NCBI GenBank assembly: GCA_016234725.1
Contig: JACRAK010000007.1
Coordinates: 2,121-66,120 of the forward strand
Direction of reading: 5' to 3'
From: Candidatus Azambacteria bacterium
Lineage (GTDB): Bacteria > Patescibacteriota > Minisyncoccia > GWC2-36-17 > WO2-46-25
Length of the DNA: 64,000 nucleotides
In this document: positions 24,226-33,508 of the stretch, piece after piece
How positions within the stretch are numbered: the first letter of the stretch is position 1
Layout of the letters: each line of letters opens with the position of its first letter
Program-made: the position numbers and the translations under genes
The notes under the pieces: generated by a model
What the model saw: only the letters and a program-made list of their open reading frames with translations
Told to the model about the DNA's origin: nothing
Database searches by the model: none

Positions 24226-24615
24226 ATGGAGAAGAAGGACGCGAAAATACTGATCGTCGAAGATGACATCATGCTCAATAAAATATATCAAACCAAGCTT
24301 ACTCTGCTTGGGTATCAAGTGCTGGCCGCATACGACGGGGACGAAGGGCTTACGATGATGGGGGAGCACCAGCCGCATTTGGTGCTTCTTGACCTCATGC
24401 TCCCCAAAAAGAACGGGTTTGAAGTGCTTGAAGCGGCAAAGCAAGACGTGAAGATAAGCCGTATCCCCGTTATCATCCTTTCCAACCTCGGGCAGGGGGG
24501 GGACATCCAAAAAGGCATGGAGCTTGGCGCGGTCGATTTTCTCGTGAAAAGCAACGTAAAGCTGGAAGCGGTTGTGGATAAAATAGGAATTGTTTTGCAA
24601 AAGTACTATGGGTAG
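24226..24615 (+). CDS. standalone response-regulator receiver (REC) protein
   Basis: KILIVEDD...HLVLLDLMLPKKNGFEVLE...IPVIILSNLG...K. Confidence 0.8.
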   Translation: MEKKDAKILIVEDDIMLNKIYQTKLTLLGYQVLAAYDGDEGLTMMGEHQPHLVLLDLMLPKKNGFEVLEAAKQDVKISRIPVIILSNLGQGGDIQKGMELGAVDFLVKSNVKLEAVVDKIGIVLQKYYG

Positions 24616-24713
24616 GGTATACTATTAACTAACCCATTCGATAGACTCAGGGTTAGTCCTGAGTGCAGTCGAAGGACTAATAACTTTTAACTAACAATTA
24701 ATAACTCACACAC

Positions 24714-25415
24714 ATGGTCCAAACGAATAAAAAAGGATTCACGTTGCTTGAGCTTTTGATCGTCATCACCATTTTGTCGATCCTCACGCTCGTGATAGTC
24801 CTGTTCATTAACCCGGTCGAACTGCTTAAAAAATCACGCGATGTGCAAAGAATGTCCGACCTCGCTACGATGAAAACGGCGATTGCATTATATCTGCAGG
24901 ACAGGTCAACCAACAATTTGGGGGGAGCACCGTACTGCGGCACCGGAACGCTTTCTGACGCCACGCTCGCCGCGACATCTCCGCACATATCGATTGCCGA
25001 CTCCACTCCTGCAACCGGGGCAACTTTTACGACGGGAGGTGTTGCGTGCGCCACCAGCGGCGGATATAACGCAACCACCACTGCTGATCTCTACAAAAAT
25101 AACGGACAAGGATGGATCCCTTACATGGACTTCTCCACATTCACCGGCGGTGCGCCGATCGAAAAGCTTCCCGTTGACCCGACCAATACGGCTACTGCCG
25201 GCACATGTGGGGTAAACAGCTTGTACTATCGCTACGGTTGCAAGACAAACAACACATTCGAGCTTGATGCGACACTTGAAAGCGACACGTATAAATTAGG
25301 CGGAACCGATTCCAAAGTAGAAAAAGACGGTGGTAACAGCGAGATGCGCTTTGAAGTCGGTACTGACTTAAGCATTCTCCCGAGCTCTGCTCCTGTAGGA
25401 TTCTCCGCCCTCTAA
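24714..25415 (+). CDS. type IV pilin (prepilin-type N-terminal cleavage/methylation domain)
   Basis: leader MVQTNKKG then FTLLELLIVITILSIL (G/F cleavage site, E+5). Confidence 0.85.
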   Translation: MVQTNKKGFTLLELLIVITILSILTLVIVLFINPVELLKKSRDVQRMSDLATMKTAIALYLQDRSTNNLGGAPYCGTGTLSDATLAATSPHISIADSTPATGATFTTGGVACATSGGYNATTTADLYKNNGQGWIPYMDFSTFTGGAPIEKLPVDPTNTATAGTCGVNSLYYRYGCKTNNTFELDATLESDTYKLGGTDSKVEKDGGNSEMRFEVGTDLSILPSSAPVGFSAL

Positions 25416-25522
25416 CATTTCTCTGATCTCTCCAACCACCCCTCCCATGCTCGCATGCGAGGGGTTTTTGTTTTATTCATGCAAAAAATGGTATAATTGA
25501 AAACACTTAAACCTATACCATT

Positions 25523-26140
25523 ATGTTTTTTTCACTTCTTGATTCCGCGCTTAACTGGGTGCCGCTTGTTGCGGGTGTTGCGGCGATCGTATTTGTATAC
25601 ATCAGACATCGGAAAGGCACGTGCGAGATACGCATCATGAAAAAGGTGGTGCTTTCACTCGCGGGGTTCCTTGCATGCATTGTCGTTTTCAAGATCGCGG
25701 TGCATTATTTCATCCTTCGAAGCGACGCTTCGTTTGGCATTGGCCTTTTGCCGCCGCACACGCCGTTATGGGATTGGTTTGCACCCATGGCGATCGCGCG
25801 CTATGTCTTTCCTTTTGCAGTGGCACTTGCGGCCGCCGGAATTGCGTTTCTTGTCACGCCGCTCGTCAATAAACTATTCAAAGGAGAGCTTTTTGCCGAG
25901 GAAGACAAATACATCGTTGCGCTTGCCGCGCTTATCGTCGGGTGGCCGAACTTTGTGCTGTATTTGGGCGCGGCGGTCATGCTCACCGTGCTGCTTTCTA
26001 TCCGCGAAACGCTGCGGTACGGCATTGAGGCGCGCATCGTACTGACCGACGCACTTATTTTTTCCGTGCCGCTCGTGCTGTTATTCGGCGACATCGTCGC
26101 GCCGCATCTGTATCTGTACAAACTTACTATCTTCGCATAA
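25523..26140 (+). CDS. polytopic membrane protein, possible short prepilin peptidase (A24-like)
   Basis: about 6 TM helices; located between the pilin and pilB genes; GD in LLFGDIVAP resembles the second catalytic-Asp motif; weak. Confidence 0.4.
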   Translation: MFFSLLDSALNWVPLVAGVAAIVFVYIRHRKGTCEIRIMKKVVLSLAGFLACIVVFKIAVHYFILRSDASFGIGLLPPHTPLWDWFAPMAIARYVFPFAVALAAAGIAFLVTPLVNKLFKGELFAEEDKYIVALAALIVGWPNFVLYLGAAVMLTVLLSIRETLRYGIEARIVLTDALIFSVPLVLLFGDIVAPHLYLYKLTIFA

Positions 26141-26143
26141 CGC

Positions 26144-27856
26144 ATGCATATTTCTGAGGCGAACCTCAAAAAGATCGTCGTCGCATCGGGCATCATCTCT
26201 GATGCGCAATTTGAAGCGGCGCGGCAGGAAGCGCTGCGGTCAAACCGCACCATCGGCAACGTACTCATCGGCAAAGGAGATATCACGGAAAATTATTTCG
26301 CCGAGATCGTCGCGAACTATTTTGCCGTGCCCATCGTGAATTTCCAGGCCGCGCCGCCCGATGACGCCGCGCTTCACTTGCTCCCCGAACAATTCTCGAA
26401 AGCAAAACGCATCGCGCTGTTTGCCATCGATCATGAGAAAAAAACGGCAAAGCTCGCGATGGAAGACCCGGGCGACCTTAAAACCATCGACCTTGTTGCC
26501 GCAAAATTCGATATGCGCGTTGAGCCGCATCTCGCCACATCGTTATCGATGAAGGTCGCTTTTAAAGAATACAAGAAAGATATTTACAAAGAATTCAACA
26601 CGATCATCGAGGAGTCCATCAAGGAAGCGCTTGCGGCGGGCAACGTCAAAGACATCGGGAAAATGGCCGAGCATGTGCCCATCATCGCCATCACCGACGG
26701 ACTCATGGAGTACGCGGTCGCGCTCGGCGCATCCGATATTCATATCGAACGCCTGCCGGAAAAAGTGCTCGTGCGCTACCGCATCGACGGCATCCTGCGC
26801 GACATCGTGGAACTCCCCAAAGAGATCGACGACGCCATCATCGCCCGCATCAAAATACTTTCAAGCCTCCAGATCGATGTCCACTTCACGCCGCAAGACG
26901 GCCGGTTCAAGTTCAAACTTGAAGACCAATCCATCGACGTACGCGTATCCGTCATGCCCACGTTCTACGGCGAAAAAGTGGTCATGCGCCTCCTCCGCGG
27001 CTCGATCCGTCCTTTGAACCTTGCCGAACTCGGCATATCCGAACGGGACATCGCCACTATCAATGAAGCCATCAAACGGACGTTCGGCATGATCCTCATC
27101 ACCGGCCCGACCGGCTCAGGTAAGACCACCACGCTGTATGCGATACTCCACAAGCTCAATACGCCGACGGTCAACATCGCCACGATCGAAGACCCTATCG
27201 AGTACGACGTCGAGCGCATCAACCAAACACAGGTGAACCCCAAAGCCGGCATCACCTTCGCCAACGGCCTGCGCAGCTTGATGCGCCAGAACCCCGACAT
27301 CATCATGGTGGGGGAGATCCGCGACGAAGAAACCGTTTCTATTTCACTCAACGCCGCGATGACCGGCCACCTTGTGCTTTCCACACTCCACACCAACGAC
27401 GCGCCCACCGCGATCCCGCGGTTCATCGATATGGGCGGCGAGCCGTTCCTTGTGGCAAACACGCTCAATGTCATCATCGCCCAGCGGCTCGTACGCCGCA
27501 TCTGCACCGTCTGCGTTTCAAGCTATACGCCGACACCAGAAGCGAAAGAATCCATGAAAAAACAGCTTGCGCTCTACCATGCCGACCCCGCCCGCATCAA
27601 GATCCCTTCCCAGCTATACAAAGGAAAAGGGTGTCAGGCATGTTCAGGCACCGGCTATTCGGGACAGATCGGGATCTTTGAGGTGCTCAATGTAAGTCCG
27701 CGCATCAGAGAACTTATCAAACCGGGCGTTGCCATCGACCAATTGCGCGCGGTCGCCGAGGAAGAAGGGATGCGCCGCATGTTCGAGGACGGCCTCGCAA
27801 AAGCGGAGGCCGGCGCCACCACCATCGAAGAAGTGTTCAGGGTCATTATGGAGTAA
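26144..27856 (+). CDS. pilB: type IV pilus assembly ATPase PilB (GspE family)
   Basis: GSPII_E N-terminal domain; Walker A GPTGSGKTT; Asp-box MVGEIRD; CxxC...CxxC tetracysteine. Confidence 0.9.
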   Translation: MHISEANLKKIVVASGIISDAQFEAARQEALRSNRTIGNVLIGKGDITENYFAEIVANYFAVPIVNFQAAPPDDAALHLLPEQFSKAKRIALFAIDHEKKTAKLAMEDPGDLKTIDLVAAKFDMRVEPHLATSLSMKVAFKEYKKDIYKEFNTIIEESIKEALAAGNVKDIGKMAEHVPIIAITDGLMEYAVALGASDIHIERLPEKVLVRYRIDGILRDIVELPKEIDDAIIARIKILSSLQIDVHFTPQDGRFKFKLEDQSIDVRVSVMPTFYGEKVVMRLLRGSIRPLNLAELGISERDIATINEAIKRTFGMILITGPTGSGKTTTLYAILHKLNTPTVNIATIEDPIEYDVERINQTQVNPKAGITFANGLRSLMRQNPDIIMVGEIRDEETVSISLNAAMTGHLVLSTLHTNDAPTAIPRFIDMGGEPFLVANTLNVIIAQRLVRRICTVCVSSYTPTPEAKESMKKQLALYHADPARIKIPSQLYKGKGCQACSGTGYSGQIGIFEVLNVSPRIRELIKPGVAIDQLRAVAEEEGMRRMFEDGLAKAEAGATTIEEVFRVIME

Positions 27857-27867
27857 CTCCCAACTAA

Positions 27868-27885
27868 TAACTAACAACTTATAAC
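27868..27885. repeat. left inverted repeat of 4HB cassette 1 (taactaacaacttataac)
   Basis: 17/18 match to the reverse complement of 28292-28310. Confidence 0.7.
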
Positions 27886-27897
27886 AAATAACACACT

Positions 27898-28257
27898 GTG
27901 GAGGCTTTCCGATTCAAAAACTGGAGCGTTTATAAAGAAGCAAAGGCCTTATTCATGTCTGTCGTAAAAATAACACACGAGCTACCCAGTGAATACAGAT
28001 ACACAATAGGCGACCAAATGATCCGCTCGGGGCTATCAATCGTTTTAAACATTGCGGAAGGAAGCGGTAAAGAATCGGACAAGGAATTGAACAGATATTT
28101 CAACATCGCCATGGGTTCGACCAATGAAACGCTTGCGGTTATTGATGTCCTTAGCGATCTTCGTATAGCGGATGAAAAGAAAATGGAAGAAGCAGAAAAG
28201 TTATGCGTAAGCATTTCGAAACAGCTTGGCGGATTTAAAAAGAAGTTAAAAAAATAA
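27898..28257 (+). CDS. four-helix-bundle protein (23S rRNA intervening-sequence protein family, Avd-like)
   Basis: FKNWSVYKEAKAL...SGLSIVLNIAEGSGKESDKELNRYFNIAMGSTNET. Confidence 0.8.
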   Translation: MEAFRFKNWSVYKEAKALFMSVVKITHELPSEYRYTIGDQMIRSGLSIVLNIAEGSGKESDKELNRYFNIAMGSTNETLAVIDVLSDLRIADEKKMEEAEKLCVSISKQLGGFKKKLKK

Positions 28258-28291
28258 GTCCACGTAAGTTATCAGTTAATGGTTATAAGTT

Positions 28292-28310
28292 TTTAGTTAA
28301 CGGCCATGCC
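28292..28310. repeat. right inverted repeat of 4HB cassette 1 (gttataagtttttagttaa)
   Basis: reverse complement ttaactaaaaacttataac. Confidence 0.7.
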
Positions 28311-29517
28311 CTTATTCACATACGTCGCATCGAAAAAAGACGGCACGATTGTAGAAGAAGAGATCGAAACAAAAGACCAGGCGTCCGTCGTCGCCTATCT
28401 GGAAAAACACGACTACTTTCCGGTTTCTGTTAAGGAAAAAAAGGTGTATCGCTCTCTTTCTATCTCATTTTCAAGCAAAATAACCCTGCTTGAAAAAGTG
28501 ACATTCGCCCGCAATCTCGCGCTCATGATAAAGTCGGGCATCGGCATGTCGGAGGCGGTCGCCATTCTCCTTGAAGACGCCGAGCGGGCGCCTCTCCGAA
28601 AAGTTCTTTCAAAAATAAAAGCGGACCTCGAAAAAGGGCTTCAGCTTTCCGCTGCGCTTGAAACATTCCCTTCGCAATTTTCTACCGTGTTCATCAGCCT
28701 CCTGCGAGCGGGAGAGACATCGGGAAATCTTGAAATGTCACTGCTTCAAATAGCCACCCAGCTTAAAAAAGAGAACGATCTCAAAAAGAAAGTGCTGTCT
28801 GCCATGGCGTATCCCGCGATCCTTCTTTCACTTGCGTTCGGCGTCGTGGCACTGCTAGTCACCGTGGTGCTTCCGCGCGTCAGCAAAATATTCACGCAGG
28901 CGCATGTACAACTGCCGCTCCTCACCCGCATCTTGCTTGGCATTTCCGATTTTGTCGCGAGCCAATTTTTCGCAACGCTCGCGATCATTGCGGGCATCGT
29001 CGCGATCATCGCGCTTGCCCGCAGGTCATCTGCCGGCAAGCGCGCCTTGCAGGTCCTTTTCATCAAAACACCGCTTATCGCGCCGCTCATGAAAAAGATC
29101 GCGCTGGTCCGTTTCACCGGCACCCTCCATTCGCTTATGAAAGCAGGCGTGCCGCTCACCAAAGCGCTTGAAATCACCGCGCAGGCGATCGGCAACGCAT
29201 CATACCGGCAGGTACTTTTAGATATCGCAAAAAACGAGATATCTAAAGGCATTTCATTCGGCATGGCGCTCAAACAGCGACCGGAATATTTCCCGCGGCT
29301 CACGTCAAGCATGATCGTCATAGGGGAAAAATCGGGAAACCTTGAAAACGTACTTGAAAACTTGAGCTCCTTTTACGAGGAAGAGGTGGACGGCACGATC
29401 AAGTCGCTTATCACTATTTTAGAGCCGGCATTGTTGCTCTGCATCGGCCTCATCATCGGCGCGATCGCGCTCTCTATCGTCATGCCGATCTATCAGATGA
29501 TCAATGTGGTGCGGTAG
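28306..29517 (+). CDS. pilC: type IV pilus inner-membrane platform protein PilC (GspF family)
   Basis: two T2SS-F repeats and 3 TM segments; 403 aa. Confidence 0.85.
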   Translation: MPLFTYVASKKDGTIVEEEIETKDQASVVAYLEKHDYFPVSVKEKKVYRSLSISFSSKITLLEKVTFARNLALMIKSGIGMSEAVAILLEDAERAPLRKVLSKIKADLEKGLQLSAALETFPSQFSTVFISLLRAGETSGNLEMSLLQIATQLKKENDLKKKVLSAMAYPAILLSLAFGVVALLVTVVLPRVSKIFTQAHVQLPLLTRILLGISDFVASQFFATLAIIAGIVAIIALARRSSAGKRALQVLFIKTPLIAPLMKKIALVRFTGTLHSLMKAGVPLTKALEITAQAIGNASYRQVLLDIAKNEISKGISFGMALKQRPEYFPRLTSSMIVIGEKSGNLENVLENLSSFYEEEVDGTIKSLITILEPALLLCIGLIIGAIALSIVMPIYQMINVVR

Positions 29518-29527
29518 GGTTATAACA

Positions 29528-29556
29528 GCGAGTAGAATGTAGCGAGTAGGGAGTAG
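29528..29556. repeat. left inverted repeat of 4HB cassette 2, GTAG-repeat family (gcgagtagaatgtagcgagtagggagtag)
   Basis: 15-mer gcgagtagaatgtag is the exact reverse complement of part of 29971-29992. Confidence 0.8.
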
Positions 29557-29616
29557 AAGAAATGCAAAAGAGAAGCAAAAATCAGAACTTAGGGAGTAGG
29601 GAAAAGAGCGTGAGAA

Positions 29617-30465
29617 ATGAAAACGCAAACATATAAAGATCTGATAGTGTGGCAGAAATCCAAAAAACTTGTTTTGGAGATCTATGCTCTTGCCGAGCAA
29701 TTTCCTCCCAGCGAAAAATTCGGGATCACCTCCCAGCTTACGCGCGCGGCGATCTCCATCCCGTTAAACATCGCTGAAGGGTATAGACGAAGGGGGGATA
29801 AGGAAAGAGCGCAGTTTTTTTCTATTGCTTTTGGTTCGGCCGCAGAAGTCGAAGCATTGATCGATATCTGTAAAGATTTGCACCTTTTCAAAAATTGTAA
29901 TTTCACCGCCAGCGAGAATCTTTTAGACGAAGTATTGCGCATGCTAAATGTTTTCATAAAAAATTCTTCCCTACATTCTACTCGCTACTCGCCGCCTTCT
30001 CCACAAAAGGGTTTCACTATTCTCGAACTTATCGTTGTACTCGGTATTTTCGCCGTCATTGCCGGCGTTGCGGCGGTACAACTTGCCAACTTCCAGCGCG
30101 GCACCGTGCTTGAAAGCACATCAAAAGACGTCGTGAGCGCGTTGCGCTTGGCGCACGACAAAGCAATGCTCGGAGAGGACGGTGACAGCAACGGACAAGG
30201 TGATGCGTGGGGCATCCGTTTTGCCAACAGCACAACAGATACGTATGCTTCTTTTTATGGTGCAGCGTACAATGTAAACAATGTGAAAGAAACGGTTTAT
30301 CTTTCTCCGCCGCTCGCATTCAGCGCGCCCACTGAAGGAAACAATACCGATGTGATATTCACCAAGCTTTCAGGGACAACGACTTCGGCGAACATCACCA
30401 TCGGTGACAACGGCCAGATAAAGACGGTCACCGTGGACGCGTCGGGAAGGATCAGCTCAAATTAA
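29617..30465 (+). CDS. composite ORF: four-helix-bundle (IVS-family) protein (residues 1-~118) reading through, with no stop, into a pseudopilin (from ~PQKGFTILELIVVLGIF). The pilin part may start at the internal Met at 29941 (24-aa leader)
   Basis: N-terminal part DLIVWQKSKKLVLEIY...TSQLTRAAISIPLNIAEGYRRR...AFGSAAEVEAL = 4HB family; C-terminal part has a class III signal (G/FTILELIVV); the junction coincides with the right IR of the cassette. Confidence 0.65.
   Translation: MKTQTYKDLIVWQKSKKLVLEIYALAEQFPPSEKFGITSQLTRAAISIPLNIAEGYRRRGDKERAQFFSIAFGSAAEVEALIDICKDLHLFKNCNFTASENLLDEVLRMLNVFIKNSSLHSTRYSPPSPQKGFTILELIVVLGIFAVIAGVAAVQLANFQRGTVLESTSKDVVSALRLAHDKAMLGEDGDSNGQGDAWGIRFANSTTDTYASFYGAAYNVNNVKETVYLSPPLAFSAPTEGNNTDVIFTKLSGTTTSANITIGDNGQIKTVTVDASGRISSN
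29971..29992. repeat. right inverted repeat of 4HB cassette 2 (ctacattctactcgctactcgc), in-frame inside the composite ORF (encodes LHSTRYS)
   Basis: reverse complement gcgagtagcgagtagaatgtag. Confidence 0.8.
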
Positions 30466-30483
30466 ACATTTGACATTTAACAT

Positions 30484-31197
30484 ATGACATTTGACGATAA
30501 AAATTCAAATGTCAGATACCGGATGTTACATATGAAAAGTCAAAAGTCAAAAGTCAAACGTTGGGAGAAAGGTTTCTCCCTTTTTGAAGTCCTCATCGCC
30601 ATTTCCGTTTTTGCCGTTATCGGCGTCGTCGCGGCACAGTTGATCGGCATTTCTCTGCAATCCGACAAAACAAGCGGGCAAAAGACCGTCGCGCTCCAGC
30701 TTACGCAAGAAACCGCTGAAGCGCTCGATTCGCTTGCTGGAGAGTCGTGGCAGAACATCTACGGCCTTTCCAAGGGATCCGCGAACCATTATTACACCGT
30801 AGTCAGCGGCAGTAAGTGGGCGACTTCCACCGGCGACGAACTGCTCACGATAAACGCCGGTTCATACAAGCGGTATTTCTATATAGAAAATGTGTCCCGT
30901 AGCAGCGGAGGCGCCATCGTCGTTTCCGGAGGCAACAACGACCCCTCTACCCAAAAAGCTACGGTGGTCGCCTCATGGCAAAACGACGGGGGCGTGGATA
31001 TCGGCTTCGCCACAACGACAAAATATCTCATGCGCGCGCGCAACACCGCCGCCACGCAAACTTCATGGGCATATTCCGGACAAGGATCGAATCCTTCTTC
31101 CGGCGAAACAGCGGACTTCAACAGCGACTACGCATCGGATGCCGGCAACATCAGCACCTCCACCCCCTCGGGAAGCTTGACCCTTACACAACAATAA
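30484..31197 (+). CDS. pseudopilin / minor pilin (prepilin-type N-terminal domain); true start probably an internal Met (MLHMKSQ... or MKSQ...)
   Basis: KG/FSLFEVLIAISVFAVIGVV. Confidence 0.75.
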   Translation: MTFDDKNSNVRYRMLHMKSQKSKVKRWEKGFSLFEVLIAISVFAVIGVVAAQLIGISLQSDKTSGQKTVALQLTQETAEALDSLAGESWQNIYGLSKGSANHYYTVVSGSKWATSTGDELLTINAGSYKRYFYIENVSRSSGGAIVVSGGNNDPSTQKATVVASWQNDGGVDIGFATTTKYLMRARNTAATQTSWAYSGQGSNPSSGETADFNSDYASDAGNISTSTPSGSLTLTQQ

Positions 31198-31279
31198 CTT
31201 TATTCACAGCCCTCTTTTGGGTGTTTTGAGGAACTCTGTTATATAATCAAAAGCACCGTTATCAGTAATATAAAAAATT

Positions 31280-31570
31280 ATGGGGGAGATAGTTATCATG
31301 ATCGTTGATATTGCCTTGGTCGCGTGCGGAATCTTAGCCGCATATTACGCAAAACAGGTCGGCGGCAGTATAGGACACAAAAGCATCCAGCTTATGGCTT
31401 CCGGTTTTTTGCTTCTGGGGGTCGCTCATATTCTTGAAACCGCGCTCCTTACTTCCTTCCCTCAGCTCGATCTGGAAACAGTGGAAATAAGCCATCGCGT
31501 TTTGGTGCTTGTTGCGACGCTATTGATCTTGATCGGCTATGCGCGCTTGGCGCGGTTTGTCAGATCGTGA
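31280..31570 (+). CDS. small membrane protein (3 predicted TM helices)
   Basis: 96 aa ORF; hydrophobic segments; no recognised family. Confidence 0.45.
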   Translation: MGEIVIMIVDIALVACGILAAYYAKQVGGSIGHKSIQLMASGFLLLGVAHILETALLTSFPQLDLETVEISHRVLVLVATLLILIGYARLARFVRS

Positions 31571-32019
31571 GCTTATTACGTGTGGGGATAAACCCCCTTT
31601 CACACTCTATGAAAAAAGTCCTCATTATAGAAGATGATGCCATCATCGGAAAGATCATTCAGCTAAAGATCGAGTATGCCGCCGCGCAAAACAGCATTGC
31701 AGTAGAGGTCTCGAGAGTGTTTGACGGAGAAGAAGGTTTGCGCGCGGTCGCGGAGAAAAACCCCGACCTCATCGTGCTTGACCTCATGATGCCGAAAAAA
31801 TCAGGGTTTGAAGTGCTTGAGAGCATGAAGAATGCGGGAACGAAAGAGGGGGGCGCTCCTCACATCATGGTTTTGACCAATCTTTCGGGAGAAGGGCATA
31901 AAGATAAAGTGACGGAACTTGGCGCTTCCGCCTATTTCATCAAATCGGGCACGACCATTCAGCAAATAGCCGATTACGTCGTCACACAACTTGGCGCGAC
32001 GCCTGCACCCATTCAGTAG
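31567..32019 (+). CDS. standalone response-regulator receiver (REC) protein (likely start at MKKVLIIEDD, about 31609)
   Basis: KVLIIEDD...DLIVLDLMMPKKSGFEVLE...HIMVLTNLS...K. Confidence 0.8.
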   Translation: MSLLRVGINPLSHSMKKVLIIEDDAIIGKIIQLKIEYAAAQNSIAVEVSRVFDGEEGLRAVAEKNPDLIVLDLMMPKKSGFEVLESMKNAGTKEGGAPHIMVLTNLSGEGHKDKVTELGASAYFIKSGTTIQQIADYVVTQLGATPAPIQ

Positions 32020-32038
32020 CTTTTATTCTGAATCAAAC

Positions 32039-32064
32039 AAAACCCCCGCATTCGCGGGGGTTTT
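32039..32064. terminator. bidirectional rho-independent terminator
   Basis: aaaacccccgc-attc-gcgggggtttt between convergent genes. Confidence 0.8.
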
Positions 32065-32100
32065 GTGTCTTACGCCAACGCGTCGAGAAAGAGATCGTTG

Positions 32101-32775
32101 TTATAAGAGCGCCGCGGTTGGCGACAATACTTTTAAATTGTTCCCCACTTCATATCGGTCGTTTGCCATCGTGCCGCTCGGGCTTGTATTGCTGTTACCG
32201 CCATCAAGCGCGCCTTTATCCTCACACCCGGACACCGTACACCCCGGTTTATACTTCGCGCTTTCGAGTGCGGCATCGATCTCATACTGATATTTTGAGC
32301 CATTATAGTTGCACCCCCAGCGGTAATACAGGCCTGACGTGAGCGTATTGGTCGGGTCCATCGGCAAACTGGCAAGCGCGCTCCCCGAGGAAAGGCCGGT
32401 AAAGTTTGCCCGCACCCATCCGGTGCCATCAGCAAGCTGGCGAGTAGAGGTCGCAGTAACCACATAGGCGGTAGTCCGCGCCACATCCGGAAATGACACA
32501 TAGGTGTTTGCGTCCGGGTTAGTCGTCGTCTCCGGCGGGTTCGTTGAATAACATATGCCTGTTGCAGGAAGTGCGTTGCTCAACACCAGCTGTGTGGCGC
32601 CTTTGAGCGCGGCGAGGTCGGAAATACGCTGGGAATCCCGAGACTGCGCGAGAATTTCGGCCGGGTCGATAAGCACGACGACCACGACACCGAGAATGAC
32701 AAGGATCGTGATCACGATGAGAAGTTCAACCAATGTGAACCCTTTTTGCATTTTGCGTTTGGTATGATGCATCAC
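32101..32775 (-). CDS. type IV pilin (second major-pilin-like gene, convergent)
   Basis: leader ...MQKG then FTLVELLIVITILVILGVVVVV. Confidence 0.85.
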   Translation of the reverse strand: MMHHTKRKMQKGFTLVELLIVITILVILGVVVVVLIDPAEILAQSRDSQRISDLAALKGATQLVLSNALPATGICYSTNPPETTTNPDANTYVSFPDVARTTAYVVTATSTRQLADGTGWVRANFTGLSSGSALASLPMDPTNTLTSGLYYRWGCNYNGSKYQYEIDAALESAKYKPGCTVSGCEDKGALDGGNSNTSPSGTMANDRYEVGNNLKVLSPTAALL

Positions 32776-32866
32776 AAAAATTATAATTAATGATTATGTA
32801 AATAACAGCATTAGTATACCAGATACACCCATACAAGCAACTATAATTGTCCACCAAGGCAGGAGC

Positions 32867-33508
32867 ATGTATAATGAAGAACATATGCTGACCTCAAAGT
32901 CGCTTTTTCATTCTAATCTCGCGATCCTTTTCCCCGAGCAAGGGTTTGCGGCGCCCGACAACGGCGCATTCGCGGCGCTGTGCGGCGGCAAAGGCGCGGA
33001 AGGCGCCCGGTTTTTCGACGATCCGTTCGCGCGTACCAAAATGCTCACGCTTCCAGCGCTCGGACTAAAAGCGGTGCTGGAAGGAAGACGGCTCCGCGTA
33101 GAAGACGAATCGGCAAGCGAGCCGGATAAGAGCCGACTTACCGTGGAAGCGTCGCGCATCGCGCACGCGCTTTTCCCAAATACCGCACTCGAAGGGTTCG
33201 GGCTTAATATCGATGCGACCTGCCGCTTCAACAATGTCATCCGCATCCAGAATATGTTCGAGCATTTTTTTGGCGCAGAACCGCTTGGGCGAGCCGACCT
33301 GCGCGACTTCGGCTTTCAATTCACCATCGACCGCGGCGCAGGCAACACCGATATTTACTTCATCAAGATCACCGCGCCGCTTGAGATAGCGCTGCATGTA
33401 AACCGCCATTTCGCGGAGCGCACACTACCCGCGCCAGACCGTTTGCAACAGCTTTTTGAGGACTGTTATAATGAAATAGATACCATCATCGCTCATTTGA
33501 AAGCGTAA
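32867..33508 (+). CDS. hypothetical protein (213 aa)
   Basis: ORF-track entry; no recognised motif. Confidence 0.45.
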   Translation: MYNEEHMLTSKSLFHSNLAILFPEQGFAAPDNGAFAALCGGKGAEGARFFDDPFARTKMLTLPALGLKAVLEGRRLRVEDESASEPDKSRLTVEASRIAHALFPNTALEGFGLNIDATCRFNNVIRIQNMFEHFFGAEPLGRADLRDFGFQFTIDRGAGNTDIYFIKITAPLEIALHVNRHFAERTLPAPDRLQQLFEDCYNEIDTIIAHLKA

